Shown here one piece after another: positions 12,101 through 25,158 of a stretch of 45,693 nt of DNA; positions within the stretch are counted from its first letter, which is position 1, and each line of letters starts with the position of its first letter. The notes beneath the pieces are model-generated. The model was not told the DNA's origin. It was given only the letters and a program-made list of their open reading frames with translations, and did not search any database. Source of the DNA: Chiloscyllium plagiosum (Eukaryota); the NCBI RefSeq assembly GCF_004010195.1, contig NC_057751.1, positions 11,296,955 to 11,342,647 of the forward strand, given 5' to 3'. Both the position numbers and the translations under genes were made by a program.

Positions 12101-15100
12101 GTGTCCGATATACACACTCTCCATAACAAAGGCAGTATCCCACATACACACACACTCCTTAGCAAAGGCAGTATCCCAGATACACACACTCCACAGTAAA
12201 GGCAGTGTCCTATATACACACACTCCATAACAAAGGCAGTGTCCTATATACATACTCTATGTCAAAGGCAGTATCCCATATACACACACTCCATAGCAAA
12301 GGCAGTATCCCATATACACACACTCCAGAACAAAGGCAGTTTCCCACATACACACACACTCCATAGCAAAGGCAGTGTCCTATATACACACTCTATGTCA
12401 AAGGCAGTATCCCACAAACACACACACTCCTTAGCAAAGGCAGTATCCCAGATACACACACTCCATAGCAAAGGCAGTGTCCTATATACACACTCTATGT
12501 CAAAGGCAGTATCCCATATACACACACTCCATAACAAAGGCAGTATCACACATATACACACACTCCATAGCAAAGGCAGTCTCCAAGATATACACACTCC
12601 ATAGCAAAGGCAGTATCCCAGATACACACACACCATAACAAAGGCAGTCTCCCATATACACACTCTATAGCAACGGCAGTATCCCAGATACACACACACA
12701 CACCAGAGCAAGGCAGTATCACATAAACACACTCCATAGTAAAGGCAGTGTCCCATATACACACACTCCATAGCACAGGCAGTATCCCATATACACACTC
12801 TATATCAAAGGCAGTATCCCGTATACACACACTCCATAGCAAAGGCATTATCCCACATACACACACTGCACAGCAAAGGCGGTGTCCCATATACACACAC
12901 TCCATAGCAAAGGCAGTATCCCATATACAGACACTCCATATCAAAGTAGGTATCCCATATACACACACTCTGTAGCAACGGCAGTATCCCAGATACACAC
13001 ACTCCATAGTAAAGGCAGTATCCCAGATTCACACACTCTATATCAAAGGCAGTATCCAATATACACACACTCCAAAGCAAAGGCAGTATTGCATATACAC
13101 ACACTCCATAACAAAGGCAGAATCCCATATACACACACTCCAATGCAAAGGCAGTATCCAAGATATGCAGACTCCATAACAAAGGCAGTATCACATATAC
13201 ACACACTCCATAGCAATGGCAGTATCCAAGATACACACACTCCATAGCAAAGGCAGTATCCCATAAATACACTCCATAGCAAAGGCAGTGTCCCATATAC
13301 ACACTCCATATCAAAGTAGGTATCCCATATACACACACTCCGTAGCAAAAGCAGTATCCCATATACACACACTGCATAGAAAAGGCAGTATCCCATATAC
13401 ACACAACCCATAGCAAAGACAGTATCCTAGATACACACACTCCATAGCAAAAGCAGTGTCCTATATACACATTCTATATCAAAGGCAGTATCCCATATAC
13501 ACACGCTCCAAAGCAAAGGCAGTATTGCAGATACACACACTCCATAAGAAAGGCAGTATCCCATATACACACAGTCCATAGCAAAGATGGTATCCCAGAT
13601 ACACAAACTCCATAGCAAGGCAGTATCCCATGGACACACACTCCATAGCAAAGGCAACATCCCATATACACGCCCGATATCAAAGGCAGTATCCAATATA
13701 CACACACTCCATAGCAAAGGCAGTATCCCAAATACACACACTCCATAGCAAAGGCAGTATCCCACATACACACACGCCATAGCAAAGGCAGTATCCCATA
13801 TACACACACTCCATAACAAAGGCAGTATCCCACATACACACACTCCATAGCAAAGGCAGTATCACACATACACACACTGCATAGAAAAGGCAGTATCCCA
13901 TATACACACACCCCATATCAAAGTAGGTATCCCATATTCACACACTCCGTAGCAAAAGCAGTATCCCATATACACACTCTATATCAAAGGCAGTATCCCA
14001 CATACACACACTCCATAACAAAGGCAGTATCCCACATACACACACACTCCATAGCAAAGGCAGTATCCTATATACACACTCTATATCAAAGGCAGTATCC
14101 CATTTACACATATTCCATAGCAAATTCAGTATCCCATATACACACTCTATATCAAAGGCAGTATCCCATATACACACTCTATATCAAAGACTGTATCCCA
14201 TATACACACACTCTATATCAAAGGCAGTATCCCATATACACACCAAAGCAAAGGCAGTATCGCAGATACACATACTCCATAACAAAGGCAGTATCCCATA
14301 TACACGCTATCGATAACAAAGGCAGTATCCAATATACACACACTCCATAGCAAAGGCAGTATCCAAGATATACAGACTCCATAGCAAAGGCATATCCCAC
14401 ATACACACACTCCATAGCAACGGCAGTTTCCAAGATACACACACTCCATAACAAAGTAGGTATTCCCTATACACACACTCCATAGCAAAGGTAGTATCCC
14501 ATGTACACACACTCCATTAGCAAAGGCAGAGTCCCATATACACACACTCCATAGGAAAAGCAGTGTCCCATATACACACTCTATATCAAAGGCAGTATCC
14601 CATATACACATACTCCAAAGCAAAGGCAGTATCCCATATACACACACTCCATAGCAAAGGCAGTATCCAAGATATACAGACTCCATAGCAAAGGCATATC
14701 CCACATACACACACTCCATAGCAACGGCAGTTTCCAAGATACACACACTCCATAACAAAGTAGGTATTCCCTATACACACACTCCATAGCAAAGGTAGTA
14801 TCCCATATACACACTCTATATCAAAGGCAGTATCCCATATACACATACTCCAAAGCAAAGGCAGTATCCCATATACACACACTCCATAGTAAAGGCAGTA
14901 TCCCAGATACACACACTCCATAGCAAAGGCAGTATCCCAGATACACGCACACTCCATAGCAAAGCCAGTATCCCGTATATGCACTCTATATCAATGGCAG
15001 TGTCCCATATACACACACTCCATAACAAAGGTAGTATCCCATATACACATACTCCATAGCAAAGGCAGTATCCCAAATACACACATTCCATAGCACTCTA

Positions 15101-17080
15101 TATCAATGGCAGTATCCCATATGCACACATTCCATAGCAATGGCAGTATCCCATGTGCACACACTCCATAGTAAAGGCATATCCCACATACACACTCTCC
15201 ATAGCAAAGGCAGTATCAAAGGTACACGTACTCCATAACAAAGTAGGTATTCCATATATACACACTCCATAGCAAAAGCAGTATCCCATATACACACACT
15301 CCATATCAAAGGTAGTATCCCATATACAAACACTCCATAGCAAAGGCAGTATCCCATGTGCACACACTCCATAACAAAGGCATATCCCACATACACAGAC
15401 ACTCCATAGCAAAAGCAGTATCCCATATACTCAAATTCCATAAGGCAGTATCCCATATACAAACACTCCATATCAAAGGCAGTATCCCATATACAAACAC
15501 TCCATATCAAAGGCAGTATCCCATGTGCACACACTCCATAACAAAGCCAGTATCCAAGATACGCACTCTATATCAAAGGCAGTATCCCACATACACACAT
15601 TCCATAGCAAAGGCAGTATCCCAGATACACATACTCCATATCAAAGGCAGTATTCCACGTGCACACACTCCATAGCAAAGGCAGTATCCCAGATACACAC
15701 ATACTCCATATCAAAGGCTGTATCCCATATACACACACTCCATAACAAAGCCAGTATCCAAGATACGCACTCTATATCAAAGGCAATATCCCATATACAC
15801 ACATTCCATAGCAAAGGCACTATCCAAGATACACATACTCCATAGCAAAGGCAGTATCCCACATGCTCATACTCCATAGAAAAGGCAGTATCCCAAATAC
15901 ACACACTCCCTAGCAAAGGCAGTAACCCAGATACATATACTCCATAACAAAGGTAGTATCCCATATACACATACTCCATAGCAAAGGCAGTATCCCAGAT
16001 ACACACACTCCATAGCAAAGGCAATATCCCATATACACACACTCCATAACAAAGGTAGTGTCCCAGATACACACACTCCATAGCAAAGACAGTATCCCAT
16101 AAACAACACTCCATAGCAAGGCAGTATCCCATATACACACACTCCATAGCAAAGGCAATATCCCATATACACACACTCCATAACAAAGGTAGTGTCCCAG
16201 ATACACACACTCCATAGCAAAGACAGTATCCCATAAACAACACTCCATAGCAAGGCAGTATCCCATATACACACACTCCATAGCAAAGGCAGTATCCCAA
16301 ATACACACATTCCATAGCACTCTATATCAATGGCAGTATCCCATATGCACACATTCCATAGCAATGGCAGTATCCCAGATACACACACTCCATAGTAAAG
16401 GCATATCCCACATACACACCCTCCATAGCAAAGGCAGTATCAAAGATACACGTACTCCATAACAAAGTAGGTATTCCATAAACACACACTCCATAGCAAA
16501 AGCAGTATCCCATATACACACACTCCATGGCAAAGGCAGTATCCCATATGCACACACACCCCATAACAAAGGCATATCCCACATACACAGACACTCCATA
16601 GCAAAAGCAGTATCCCATATACTCACATTCCATAGCAAAGGCAGTATCCCATATACACACTCCATATCAAAGTAGGTATTCCATATACACACACTCCACA
16701 GCAAAGCAGTATCCCATATACACACACTCCATAACAAAGGCATATCCCACATACACAGACACTCCATAGCAAAGGCTGTATTCAAGATACACACACTCAA
16801 TAGCAAAGGCAATATCCCAGATATACACACTCCATAGCAAAGGCTGTATCCCATATCCACACACTCCATAACAAAGGTAGTATCCCAGATACACAAACTC
16901 CATAACAAAGGCAGTATCCCATATACACACATTCCATAAGAAAGGTAGTGTCCCAGATACACACACTCCTTTGCAAAGCCAGTATCCCATATCCACACAC
17001 TCCATAACAAAGGTAGTATCCCAGATACACACACTCCTTAGCAAAGGCAGTATCCCATATACACACACTCCACAGCAAAA
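9181..17080. repeat. Satellite array, 34-bp consensus GGCAGTATCCCATATACACACACTCCATAGCAAA, roughly 230 diverged units
   Basis: Period read directly (GGCAGTATCC at 9287 and 9321). Unit length varies, mostly 32/34/36 bp, through CA copy number. Confidence 0.98.
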
Positions 17081-17189
17081 ATGCAACTCAGCAGAGGGCT
17101 TACTGTTTTCATTCGCAATAAAGTTTACCATTTACAAAACGCAACTTCGAAATTCACCAAGGAAATTTACTTTGACAACACCTTCTGAG

Positions 17190-17445
17190 CCCATAATCAC
17201 TTCCAGCTGGAACATACAAGTTCCCGTCTAGGCAACTCACCGGCCCGTTTGGAAATATACTGCCTTTTCTTCAGTGTTACTGGGTCAGAATCCTGGAATT
17301 CCCCTCCTAACAGCATTGTGGGTGATCCTACACCTCAAGAAATACAACAGTTCATGGAGACAACTCGCCAGCAGCTTCTCCAGCCCATTTAACGTGGCCA
17401 ATAAATGTTGATCCGCCCAGGGGCGCCCACATCCCAGAACTAATT
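17190..17445 (+). mobile_element. CR1/L2-group LINE 3' end
   Basis: CTGGGTCAGAATCCTGGAATTCCCTCCCTAACAGCA-like segment and a GCCAATAAATGTTG..GCCCACATCCC tail; the reverse of 44160-44400. Confidence 0.7.
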
Positions 17446-17987
17446 CTGGAAAAGTCCTTCTGCAAAACAAAAATTCCTTTTTCCCTTCTTTCCCTCTCTG
17501 TTGACCTGGCCATTGGCACCTTTGGGGCCAGAGGGTTCCTGACAGGCAATTCTAATTCACCTCCTATGCTCTGCCAATATTCCCTTGTAACCTTACAGAT
17601 TTTGGTCATACACAGCACTGAGAGCATGTCACCTCTGACCAGGCCAGAGAGTCACAGTTTCATTAAAAGAGCACGATCGTGCTCGGAAATACAAATGTGC
17701 AATGACACAGGTCACAGCTGGATAGGTTCAGAGTTCGAAGACTGTTGTTCAATGAACAACTCCGAGACATTGCTCAGATCAAGGGAACAAGCATAAGGTG
17801 TTTTGGGACAACACAGTCATGGCATTGAATTCATCTCACTCACTGCTTAAATTGCAAACAACGCTGTGGATCAGGAATGGATTCTTTATTAAAAGTAAGA
17901 TATACTTATTTAATGATTTTTTTATTTTTGGAATGTGATTTATGACAAGGAAATTGCAAAGAAACTGAAGCTGACCTTCATTCAGAT

Positions 17988-18260
17988 GTGGCTTCGTGGT
18001 GAGCACTCTCACCTCTGAGTCACTGGTTGTGGGTTTAAATTTCACTCCAGGGACTTGACTGAATAATCTCGGCTGACAGTTTGAGTACTGCACTGTTGCC
18101 AGTCCCACCTTTCACATGAGATGTTAAACTGAGCCACTGTCAGACCACTCTGTGAAAACAAGCTGGGGAGTTCGCCCCCACTGCCCTGCCCAGGATTCTT
18201 TATACAAACAACAACAGAAAACCACAGTATTTGTTCACTCATCTCAATGGTGACTGTGTA
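17988..18260 (+). mobile_element. Old tRNA-derived DeuSINE (SacSINE1-like) remnant
   Basis: Head GTGGTGAGCACTCTCACCTCTGAGTCA..GGTTGTGGGTTTAAAT followed by a Deu-like CTTTCACATGAGATGTTAAACTGAG (family recalled). Confidence 0.6.
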
Positions 18261-18419
18261 ATTCAGCAGAAGGCATGGGAAGGGGTATCCTAACGGGAAT
18301 GGGGATGGAAGGGAGTATGTTGTTGGGAATGGGGGGGAATGTGTGTGAGATTGTTCTTGGGAGTGGAGATGGGAGTGGGATTATTATTGGAAATCATGTG
18401 GGAGTGGGTGTGTTTCAAA

Positions 18420-21400
18420 AAGGGAGATAGAGGAGTGGCATTTGGCCATTCAGCCCATCAAGTCTATTTGGCCATTTAATTATGGCTGATGTTTCTTAGC
18501 CCCATCCTCCTGCCTTCTCCCCGTAACCTTTGACCCCCTCACTCATCGAGAACCAACCGATCTCCGTCTGAAATACACTCCATGACTTTGGTCTGCACAG
18601 CCCTCTGCAGCAATGAGTTCCACAGATTCCCCACCCTCTGGCTGAACTAATGCTTCCTCATCTCAGTTCTCAAGGCTCGTAGCTTCTCACTGAGGCTGCC
18701 CTAGGTTCCTTGTCTCTCCGATGAGTGGAAATATCTTCTCCACATCCACTCTATCCTGGCCTCTCAGGATCCTGTACATTTCAATCAGATTACCTCCTCA
18801 TCCTTCCAAACCCCACTGAGTACAGGCCCAGAGTCCCCAACTGCTCCTCATATGACATGCCCTTCATCCCCGGACCATTGTAAGCCTCCTCTGGATCCTC
18901 TCCTTGGACAGCACATCCTTCCTTAGATATGTTAAACTGTTCACCATCTTCCAAATGCGGACTGACCAAAGCTCTGTACAACCTCACCAGCATATCTCTC
19001 CTCTTGGGGTTCTCGCTCTCTCGAAATGAATGCTAACATTGCATTTGCCTCCCTAACCGCCAACTGAACCTGCAGGTTAACCTTAAAAGAACCCTGAACA
19101 AAGACTCCGAAGTCCTGTTGTGCTCTAGATTTCTGAAGCCTTTCCCTGTTTCGAAAATATTCCACACCTCTGTTTTTCCAACCAAAGTGCATAACTACAC
19201 ATTTTCCCATGTTGTATTCCATCTGCCACATTCAGTCCCTCTCCTAGCCTGTCCAAGTCTTTCTGCAGCTTTCTGTCTTCCTCACCATGACCTGCCCCTC
19301 CACCTATCTTTTTTGCATCTGAAAACGTAGTAACAATACCATCAGTTCCTTCGTGCAGATCATTAACACATATAACGTGAATCGTTGGGGTCCAAACATG
19401 GACCCCTACAGATCTCACCTAGTCACTGGCTGCCTTCCTGGAAATAGACCCTTTTATCTCCTCTGCCAGTCAGCCAATCCTCTATCTGGGACAGTACCTT
19501 GCCCTGATGTCATGGTTTCACAAACCTCCTGGGCAGCACTTTGAATATCAAAGTCCTTCTGGAAATTCAAATCAATCACACACATTGCCTCTCTTTTTAC
19601 TAACCTGGTGATCATTACCAACAGGTTTGTCAGGCATGGCCTCCCCTTGAGGAAGCCACTCTGGCTCTGTCCTATTTTACCATGAACTTCCAAGTACTCT
19701 TAATAACGGACTCTAAAATTTTACAAACAGCCACAGTCAGGCTCACTCCCCTATAATTTCCCATCTTCTGCCTCCCTCCCTCCTGTCTGAACCAGAGGTG
19801 TTACATAAGTGATTTTCCAGTCCTCTGGGACCCCCCCTGACTCCAGTGATTTCTGAAAGATCACCACCAATGCCTTCACAATCTCTTCAGCTCTCTCCTT
19901 CAGAATTCTGGGGTGTAGTCCACCCAGTCTGAGTGATTTGTCCACTTTCTGGTTTTTCAGCTTCCCCAACACCTTCTCCTTAGGAATAGTCACTGTACTC
20001 ACCTCTGGCCCCAAACTCTGTTGAATTCTGGTATGCTGCTGGTCTCTTCCACTGTGCAGACTGATGAAAAGTATCTGTTCAGTTCCTCTGCGATTTCTTT
20101 GTCACCTTCTATTCCTGCTCCATGAATTACTCCCAGAAACTCCTGCCATCGCTGTTCCACTGTCTTCCCTGCTTGGCTCCTCTTCCAAAGAACTCTGGCC
20201 AGCTCCTCCCTCACGTCTTTGAAGTTCCCTTCACCCAATTGTGAAACGATTGTGCCTGATTCCCGGTTTCTCCTTCTCAGATGGCAGGGCGAATTCAATC
20301 ATGTTGTGGTCACTGCTCCTAAGGCATCCCCTAATCAAGTCTGTCTCATTACACACCATCAAATCCAGAATTGCCTGTTCCTGAGTGGGTTTTACCACAA
20401 GCTGCTCCCAAAAAATACCATCTTGGGGACATTCCACAAATTCCTTTCCTTGAGATCCCCTACCAACATGATTGTCCCAGTCCACCTGCATGTTGAAATC
20501 CCCCATGATGACTATAATTGTGTTTTCCATTCGTGCCTTTTATTTATTCTGATTTACTTTTTCCCCCACATCCTGACTACTACAGGGAGGCCTCAACTTA
20601 ACTTCCAGCGGGGTCTTTTTCCCTTTGCACTTCCTCAGCTCTACCCACATAGATTCTGCACCTCTGCCCAGACACCACTTCTTGTGCTTGAGTTAGTTTT
20701 TCTCTTACAAACAATGTAACTCCACCCTCTCTCCCCACCTACTGTCCTTCAGCAAGAACAAGTATCTTTGGATATTTAACTCCCAGCCCTGATCCCCTTG
20801 CAGCCATGTCTCTGTGATACCCACAACACAGCCAATTTCAATCTGTGCTCCAAGCTCCTTTACCTTGTTTCAGATACTGCGTGTATTAAAGCACAATATC
20901 TTCAGGGCTCCTTTCCACACCCCCTTCACCCTCCCCCCACTCCACACCTTCTAACAGTTGTGTCCTAATCTGATGTGCCTGCAGTTAGATTCCTGACACT
21001 TCCCATAGTCTCTATTCCAGGAATTGTTCAGGGAACTTTAATAACATTTCTGATCCCGCCTCCCTTTTAATTTCTTCCAGAACATTCCATGCAATTGATC
21101 CCAGGTCCCACTATTTTGTTTCGCCCCAGTTCTGTGATTTGCTAGGAGTCTGGTGCCAGTGGAGACTGTCCGATTGGAAGAGCTCCCTCCTTCCCCAAGA
21201 TTGATTCAATATCCCATGAATTCGAAGCACACCAATCTTTGAGCCATGCACTTCCCTCGTTAATCTCGTTGGCCGTGTGCCAGTTAGCTCCTGGCTCAGG
21301 TTGTAATCTGAAGATTCTTATCCTTTTGACTCTGCTTTTTCATTTAGCCCCCTGGCCACTCCCATTCCCTCAGCAAAGGCTCTTCCCTCTGTCTACTGAT

Positions 21401-21590
21401 ATGGTTGGTGCCGCCATGGACCCCAACAACTGGATCTTTCCTTTCCCTCTCCAAGTTCATCTGCAGCCCACTGGAGAACCTGGTGACCAGCCAGGTAACA
21501 GAGTCTTTCAGACGCTCGATCCTGGCCACAAACAATAATGGTCCTTCCCTGACGATACTGTCCCAATCACAATGACATCTGTCTTTGCTT
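18420..21590 (-). mobile_element. Decayed near-full-length CR1 LINE (ORF1 SGNH-esterase remnant, endonuclease, RT, 3' UTR)
   Basis: ORF1-like VIVIG(D)SIVR (~21545-21576) and DPVVGVHGGTNHI. Endonuclease: IMGDFNMQVDW, ILDLMVCN, SDHNMIEF. Linker: GLHPRILKE, VPEDWK. RT: QSGFLKGRPCLTNL, WQMEYNMGKCVVMHFG, LYRALVSPHLE. Many stops and frameshifts. Confidence 0.92.
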
Positions 21591-21709
21591 GGTGCATTAT
21601 TGGGGATGGGAATGGGAGTGGCAGTGTCATGGAGAATGAGTGTAGGATTGTGATTTCATCGAGCAGTTGGTGCATTTGTCAGCCCACTGTCTGTGATAAC
21701 ACTCGGTAA

Positions 21710-21810
21710 AATTCCTGATGAAGGGCTTTTGCCCGAAACGTTAATTTTACTGCTCCTCGGATGCTGCCTGAACTGCTGTGCTCTTCCAGCACCACTAATC
21801 CAGAATCTGT
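21710..21810 (+). mobile_element. Penelope-like terminal fragment
   Basis: ATTCCTGATGAAGGGCTTTTGCCCGAAACGTT...GGATGCTGCCTGAACTGCTGTGCTCTTCCAGCACCAC. Confidence 0.75.
21711..21745 (+). ncRNA. Minimal hammerhead-ribozyme-like core
   Basis: CUGAUGA (21715-21721), stem II GGGC-UUUU-GCCC, then GAAA (21735-21738) and CGUU. Stems I and III are minimal or imperfect. Confidence 0.5.
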
Positions 21811-22429
21811 GATAGCACCTCCGTTGAGTTTTTCAGTGTGTGATGTGAAAGTGACACAGTCTTGTGTTGAGCACAAAAGGGGTGCTGCATATATATCCAT
21901 GTTTGGGACCAGTGAGCCAATCACTGAACAATGGTTTGACAAAGCCAGGGCAGCAGTATGCTGCTGATTCAGTGATGAGAATTTGAGCTGTGGACCTGTT
22001 GATATATTTTCTTTCTCAAGAAAATGCTTTCACTGCATTCAGTGTTCTATTGAAATGAACACCAGTTCTGCTCATCCTACCTGCTAAGCTGTCGGGCCTC
22101 TTGCCTGCCATTCTGTCCCTCACTTGATGCTTTTGTTTGTGGATCTGTGGTGAGCAGCACTCTGGGCCTCTGAGGGGTCCTGCTCTGGGGGGACAGCTGC
22201 TTCAGTTGAGTCATTCAGGCCAACGTTACTTAGTGGAACCTCTCCTCCTTCCCCCGTTGGTCTGTGGCTTCACAGAAAACCAGGGGACCCGATAGATCAG
22301 AGCAGAGGTCAGTGGCTTGAGAAGCCAGATTGCATTTCAGCATCTGGGCCACAGCTGCACAAATTGATGCAGCATTTCCACCAGCCAGAAAAGAGACTCT
22401 TTGCCACACTCGGCTGCTCTCGCAATCAC

Positions 22430-22700
22430 AACAACAACTGGCATTTGCATTGCATCCTTATCGTCTGCGTGTTTCAGGGAGTAACAAAATGGGGCAACAA
22501 GCCACTTTTGGAAATATCAGTTCAAGATGACTGAAAGACTTTCAGTTCAACCAAGTGTATTGAAGGTGGGGAGGGAAGGAGAGAGCTGGAGATGGTCAGG
22601 GAGGGGATTCCAAAGACTTAGGGTTCAGCAGACGAAGGCACATCCACCAGATGGGGGACTGGTTGAAATCGGGGAGGCCTGAGAGGGCTGGGAAAGATGG
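22430..22700 (-). mobile_element. Old L2-like LINE 3' remnant
   Basis: GGAAGGAGAGAGCTGGAGATGGTCAGGGAGGGGATTCCAAAGACTTAGGG resembles the reverse of an L2 3' end and of 29000-29230. Confidence 0.4.
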
Positions 22701-23279
22701 TGGACTGGGACAACCACAGGCACACAAGTCAGAAATCATGGAGAGGTGTGTGAGGAGACTTGGGGCTGATTTGCCAAACAGCTCAGCGTGTTAATCGGAC
22801 AGATTAAGTTTCAGGATAAACAGGCAGAGGAGGTTCATTCAATGATTACTGGAGCACCTGAGAAATGTGTTGTAAGACATACAAACAATTGATTTTTTTT
22901 TATTTTAAAAAACCTCTGGTCTGAAAGAAAGGTCCCAGAGCTCCTGGAGGTGTAACACGGACAAACAGATTGATGAAGAAAATGTCTCACTCTCCCTCTC
23001 CCTTCAAGAACCTCTTGTGTTGTTCATGGTCAGGTTTGGCAAGGTACTGCAGTGGTTTGACATTGTTTGACCAGTAGTCTCTCCCTGTCTTCCAGCCTGC
23101 CATTTGCATGAAGTACATGTCTTGAGACACTGATTGATACTGGTAGCAGTGATCAGTTGTCAGGTTAAAAGTTATGTTTCAGTCATGCCTTACTCTGTGA
23201 ATAGGTCTGAGATGGAGGGAAGATTGACATCTGGCCTGTAATTTCAGCGGCCCACTGGCAGGAGTTGGCCACCGCTGCT

Positions 23280-23640
23280 TCAGGTCAACACAGAATGCAC
23301 ACTGAGTCAAAATATCTCAGTGCCTCTGAATTCAAAGATTGCAGCACTGAACGAGTGTTCCACTGTCAGGAGGGACCACCTTCCAAACAAGGTTCAGCTG
23401 AGGTCTCTCTTGACCTTCCACGGATGTCTTGTGACCATCCTGAGAACAGTGGAGCTATTCCCGGCCTCCTGCCCAATATAACATCACCAAGAAGCAGTAC
23501 ATCTGGTTGTTACCTCACTGTCAATTTTGGGAGCTTGCTGTGCAGACCTACATCTCTGATGTGACAACTGGGGTGACAATTCAGAAGACTGTCATTGTCC
23601 TGAGGCAGTGCAAGACACTATCTGAATGTGATTCTTTCTG
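23280..23640 (+). mobile_element. Old DeuSINE-like remnant
   Basis: CCCGGCCTCCTGCCCAATAT...ATCTGGTTGTTACCTCACTGTCAATTTTGGGAGCTTGCTGTGCA. Similar cores occur near 30510, 31970, 40890 and 44040. Confidence 0.55.
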
Positions 23641-24460
23641 ATGAGGAGAGGCTCTCTGGGAGAGCGACTGAAGTGGTCACAGCCAGTGATGTGAAGGGGA
23701 CACACACTAGAATTGGGTGTTTCTGTTCCATCCTGATCGTCACATCTTTCTTTGCTGTTTAAGTGATTAATGTTGGCAAACGATGTCAGTTGCCTGCCTG
23801 AAGAATGAGATAACTAACCATTGTTATTCAAATCGCAACTTGCAACTGGATGAAATCTTGGGAGGAATTTGCCGTGATGTTCCAACAGAGGTCCTTTTTG
23901 CAAATTGCCTTTTACGAGGGAAATCTGGCTTTCTTGTGCCGAGGGAATAATTAAATGGATGATTTAGGTTATGAGGTGGAATGTGGCCCCAGTCCCAGCC
24001 CAGACTGGGCTCACGTCCACGGTTTCAAACTGCCCATAACTCAGTGCTAATTGGCAATTCATTGGCAGCCCTACTGCAGTGGAGCAGACGGACAGCTGGA
24101 AATGCTGAGTGTCGCATGGCTGAGTGGGTTGAGTTGGGTGTGGGGGGGAGTGGGGGTGCTGCAGTGTATTCAGTACATGGTCAGTGGGAACAGTCTCTGG
24201 GCAGAACAGAGTCTCACTGTCTGCCTACTCCCACCATCCCGCAGTGTTTGATGCTAAAACCGGGGAAGGACAACATCACCACGGCGACCCACACTTTGCA
24301 CAACTCAGCCAGCACTCTCTGAGCACAGGCAAAGAGACAGCCACACTGAGCACTTTCAGAGCAGCTCCTCAACACCACCCCGCAGCCCCCACCAACTCCC
24401 CACTCTCAGACCTCCACCGAGAGGGCTCCGAGAGATCCCCTTCACAGTGTTCTGTCATCG

Positions 24461-24610
24461 AGCAAAAACAGAGAGTGCTGGAGAAACTCAGCAGGTCTGG
24501 CAGCATCTGTGGGAGAGAGAAAAGCAAATTTAACACTTCAACTCCAGTGAGTCCAGGCCTTCTGAGTTTCTCCAGCAATCTCTATTATAGTTTCAGATTT
24601 CCAGTCCTGT
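24461..24610. mobile_element. Penelope-like terminal fragment, inverted arrangement
   Basis: TGCTGGAGAAACTCAG (24477) and CTGAGTTTCTCCAGCA (24562) are reverse complements. Confidence 0.6.
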
Positions 24611-24673
24611 ATTTTAGTTTTTTGTTCTGTGGTGAAGTCTTGGAGTCGCGACTAACTAACATGAGGTGGTACA

Positions 24674-25158
24674 TGGAATAACTCCATACAAGCTGGTGCC
24701 CCATCACCAAGTCACCCTTCATCTCCACAGGTGGAAAGCCCTTGGAACTGCTCCTGCTTGTTCAGAGTGAACTAGAACACTCTTGTTTTTTTTTTCTTTT
24801 TTTTTTGTAGAAACCTCGACTCTGATCCAGTTCCCTCAGAGTCAGCTCTCTGAGTGAACAGAACCTCTGACACTCGGGTTTTTTTTTAAAACCCCCACAC
24901 GACCGCCTAACTGCGGTAGTGCTTATTTTTTCCCCAGCACCCATGTTGTTGTGTGCGTGCAGGTGTGAGACACAGTGAAAGACACAACGTGCACGAATCT
25001 TTCTTCAAATTTCCACCACCAGGAAGAAAGGAAACACCCAAGTGGCCAGTAACACTCTTGTTTCTATCTGTCAGCCAGGGCTCCCTGACTGGGTGAAACA
25101 AATAGTTCTGATCAGGGAACTCAGATTCCATACCATCCACCTGGCTGACCCATTTCCA
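24674..25158 (-). mobile_element. Solo-LTR-like element (TG...CA) hosting a Tx1 insertion
   Basis: The reverse complement GAATCTGAGTTCCCTGAT...CAGGGAGCCCTGGCTGACAGATAGAAAC...GGGTGACTTGGTGA...GGAGTTATTCCA aligns with 33917-34004 plus 35484-35927. Confidence 0.7.
24789..25050 (-). mobile_element. 5'-truncated Tx1-clade retrotransposon 3' UTR, transduced LTR segment and poly(A)
   Basis: 24888-25050 matches the 3' UTR at 34204-34365. Perfect 13-bp TSD AACACTCTTGTTT at 24776-24788 and 25051-25063. Two poly(T) tracts on the plus strand. Confidence 0.85.

Noticed and set aside
9181..17080. CRISPR-like array (34-bp periodicity)
   Set aside because: Units are contiguous with no unique spacers, there are no cas genes, and the context is vertebrate.
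8962..17131. Keratin-associated or Cys-rich protein genes from the long ORFs
   Set aside because: All three minus-strand frames give the same peptide, frameshifting CA indels are frequent, and the stop-free consensus explains the ORFs.
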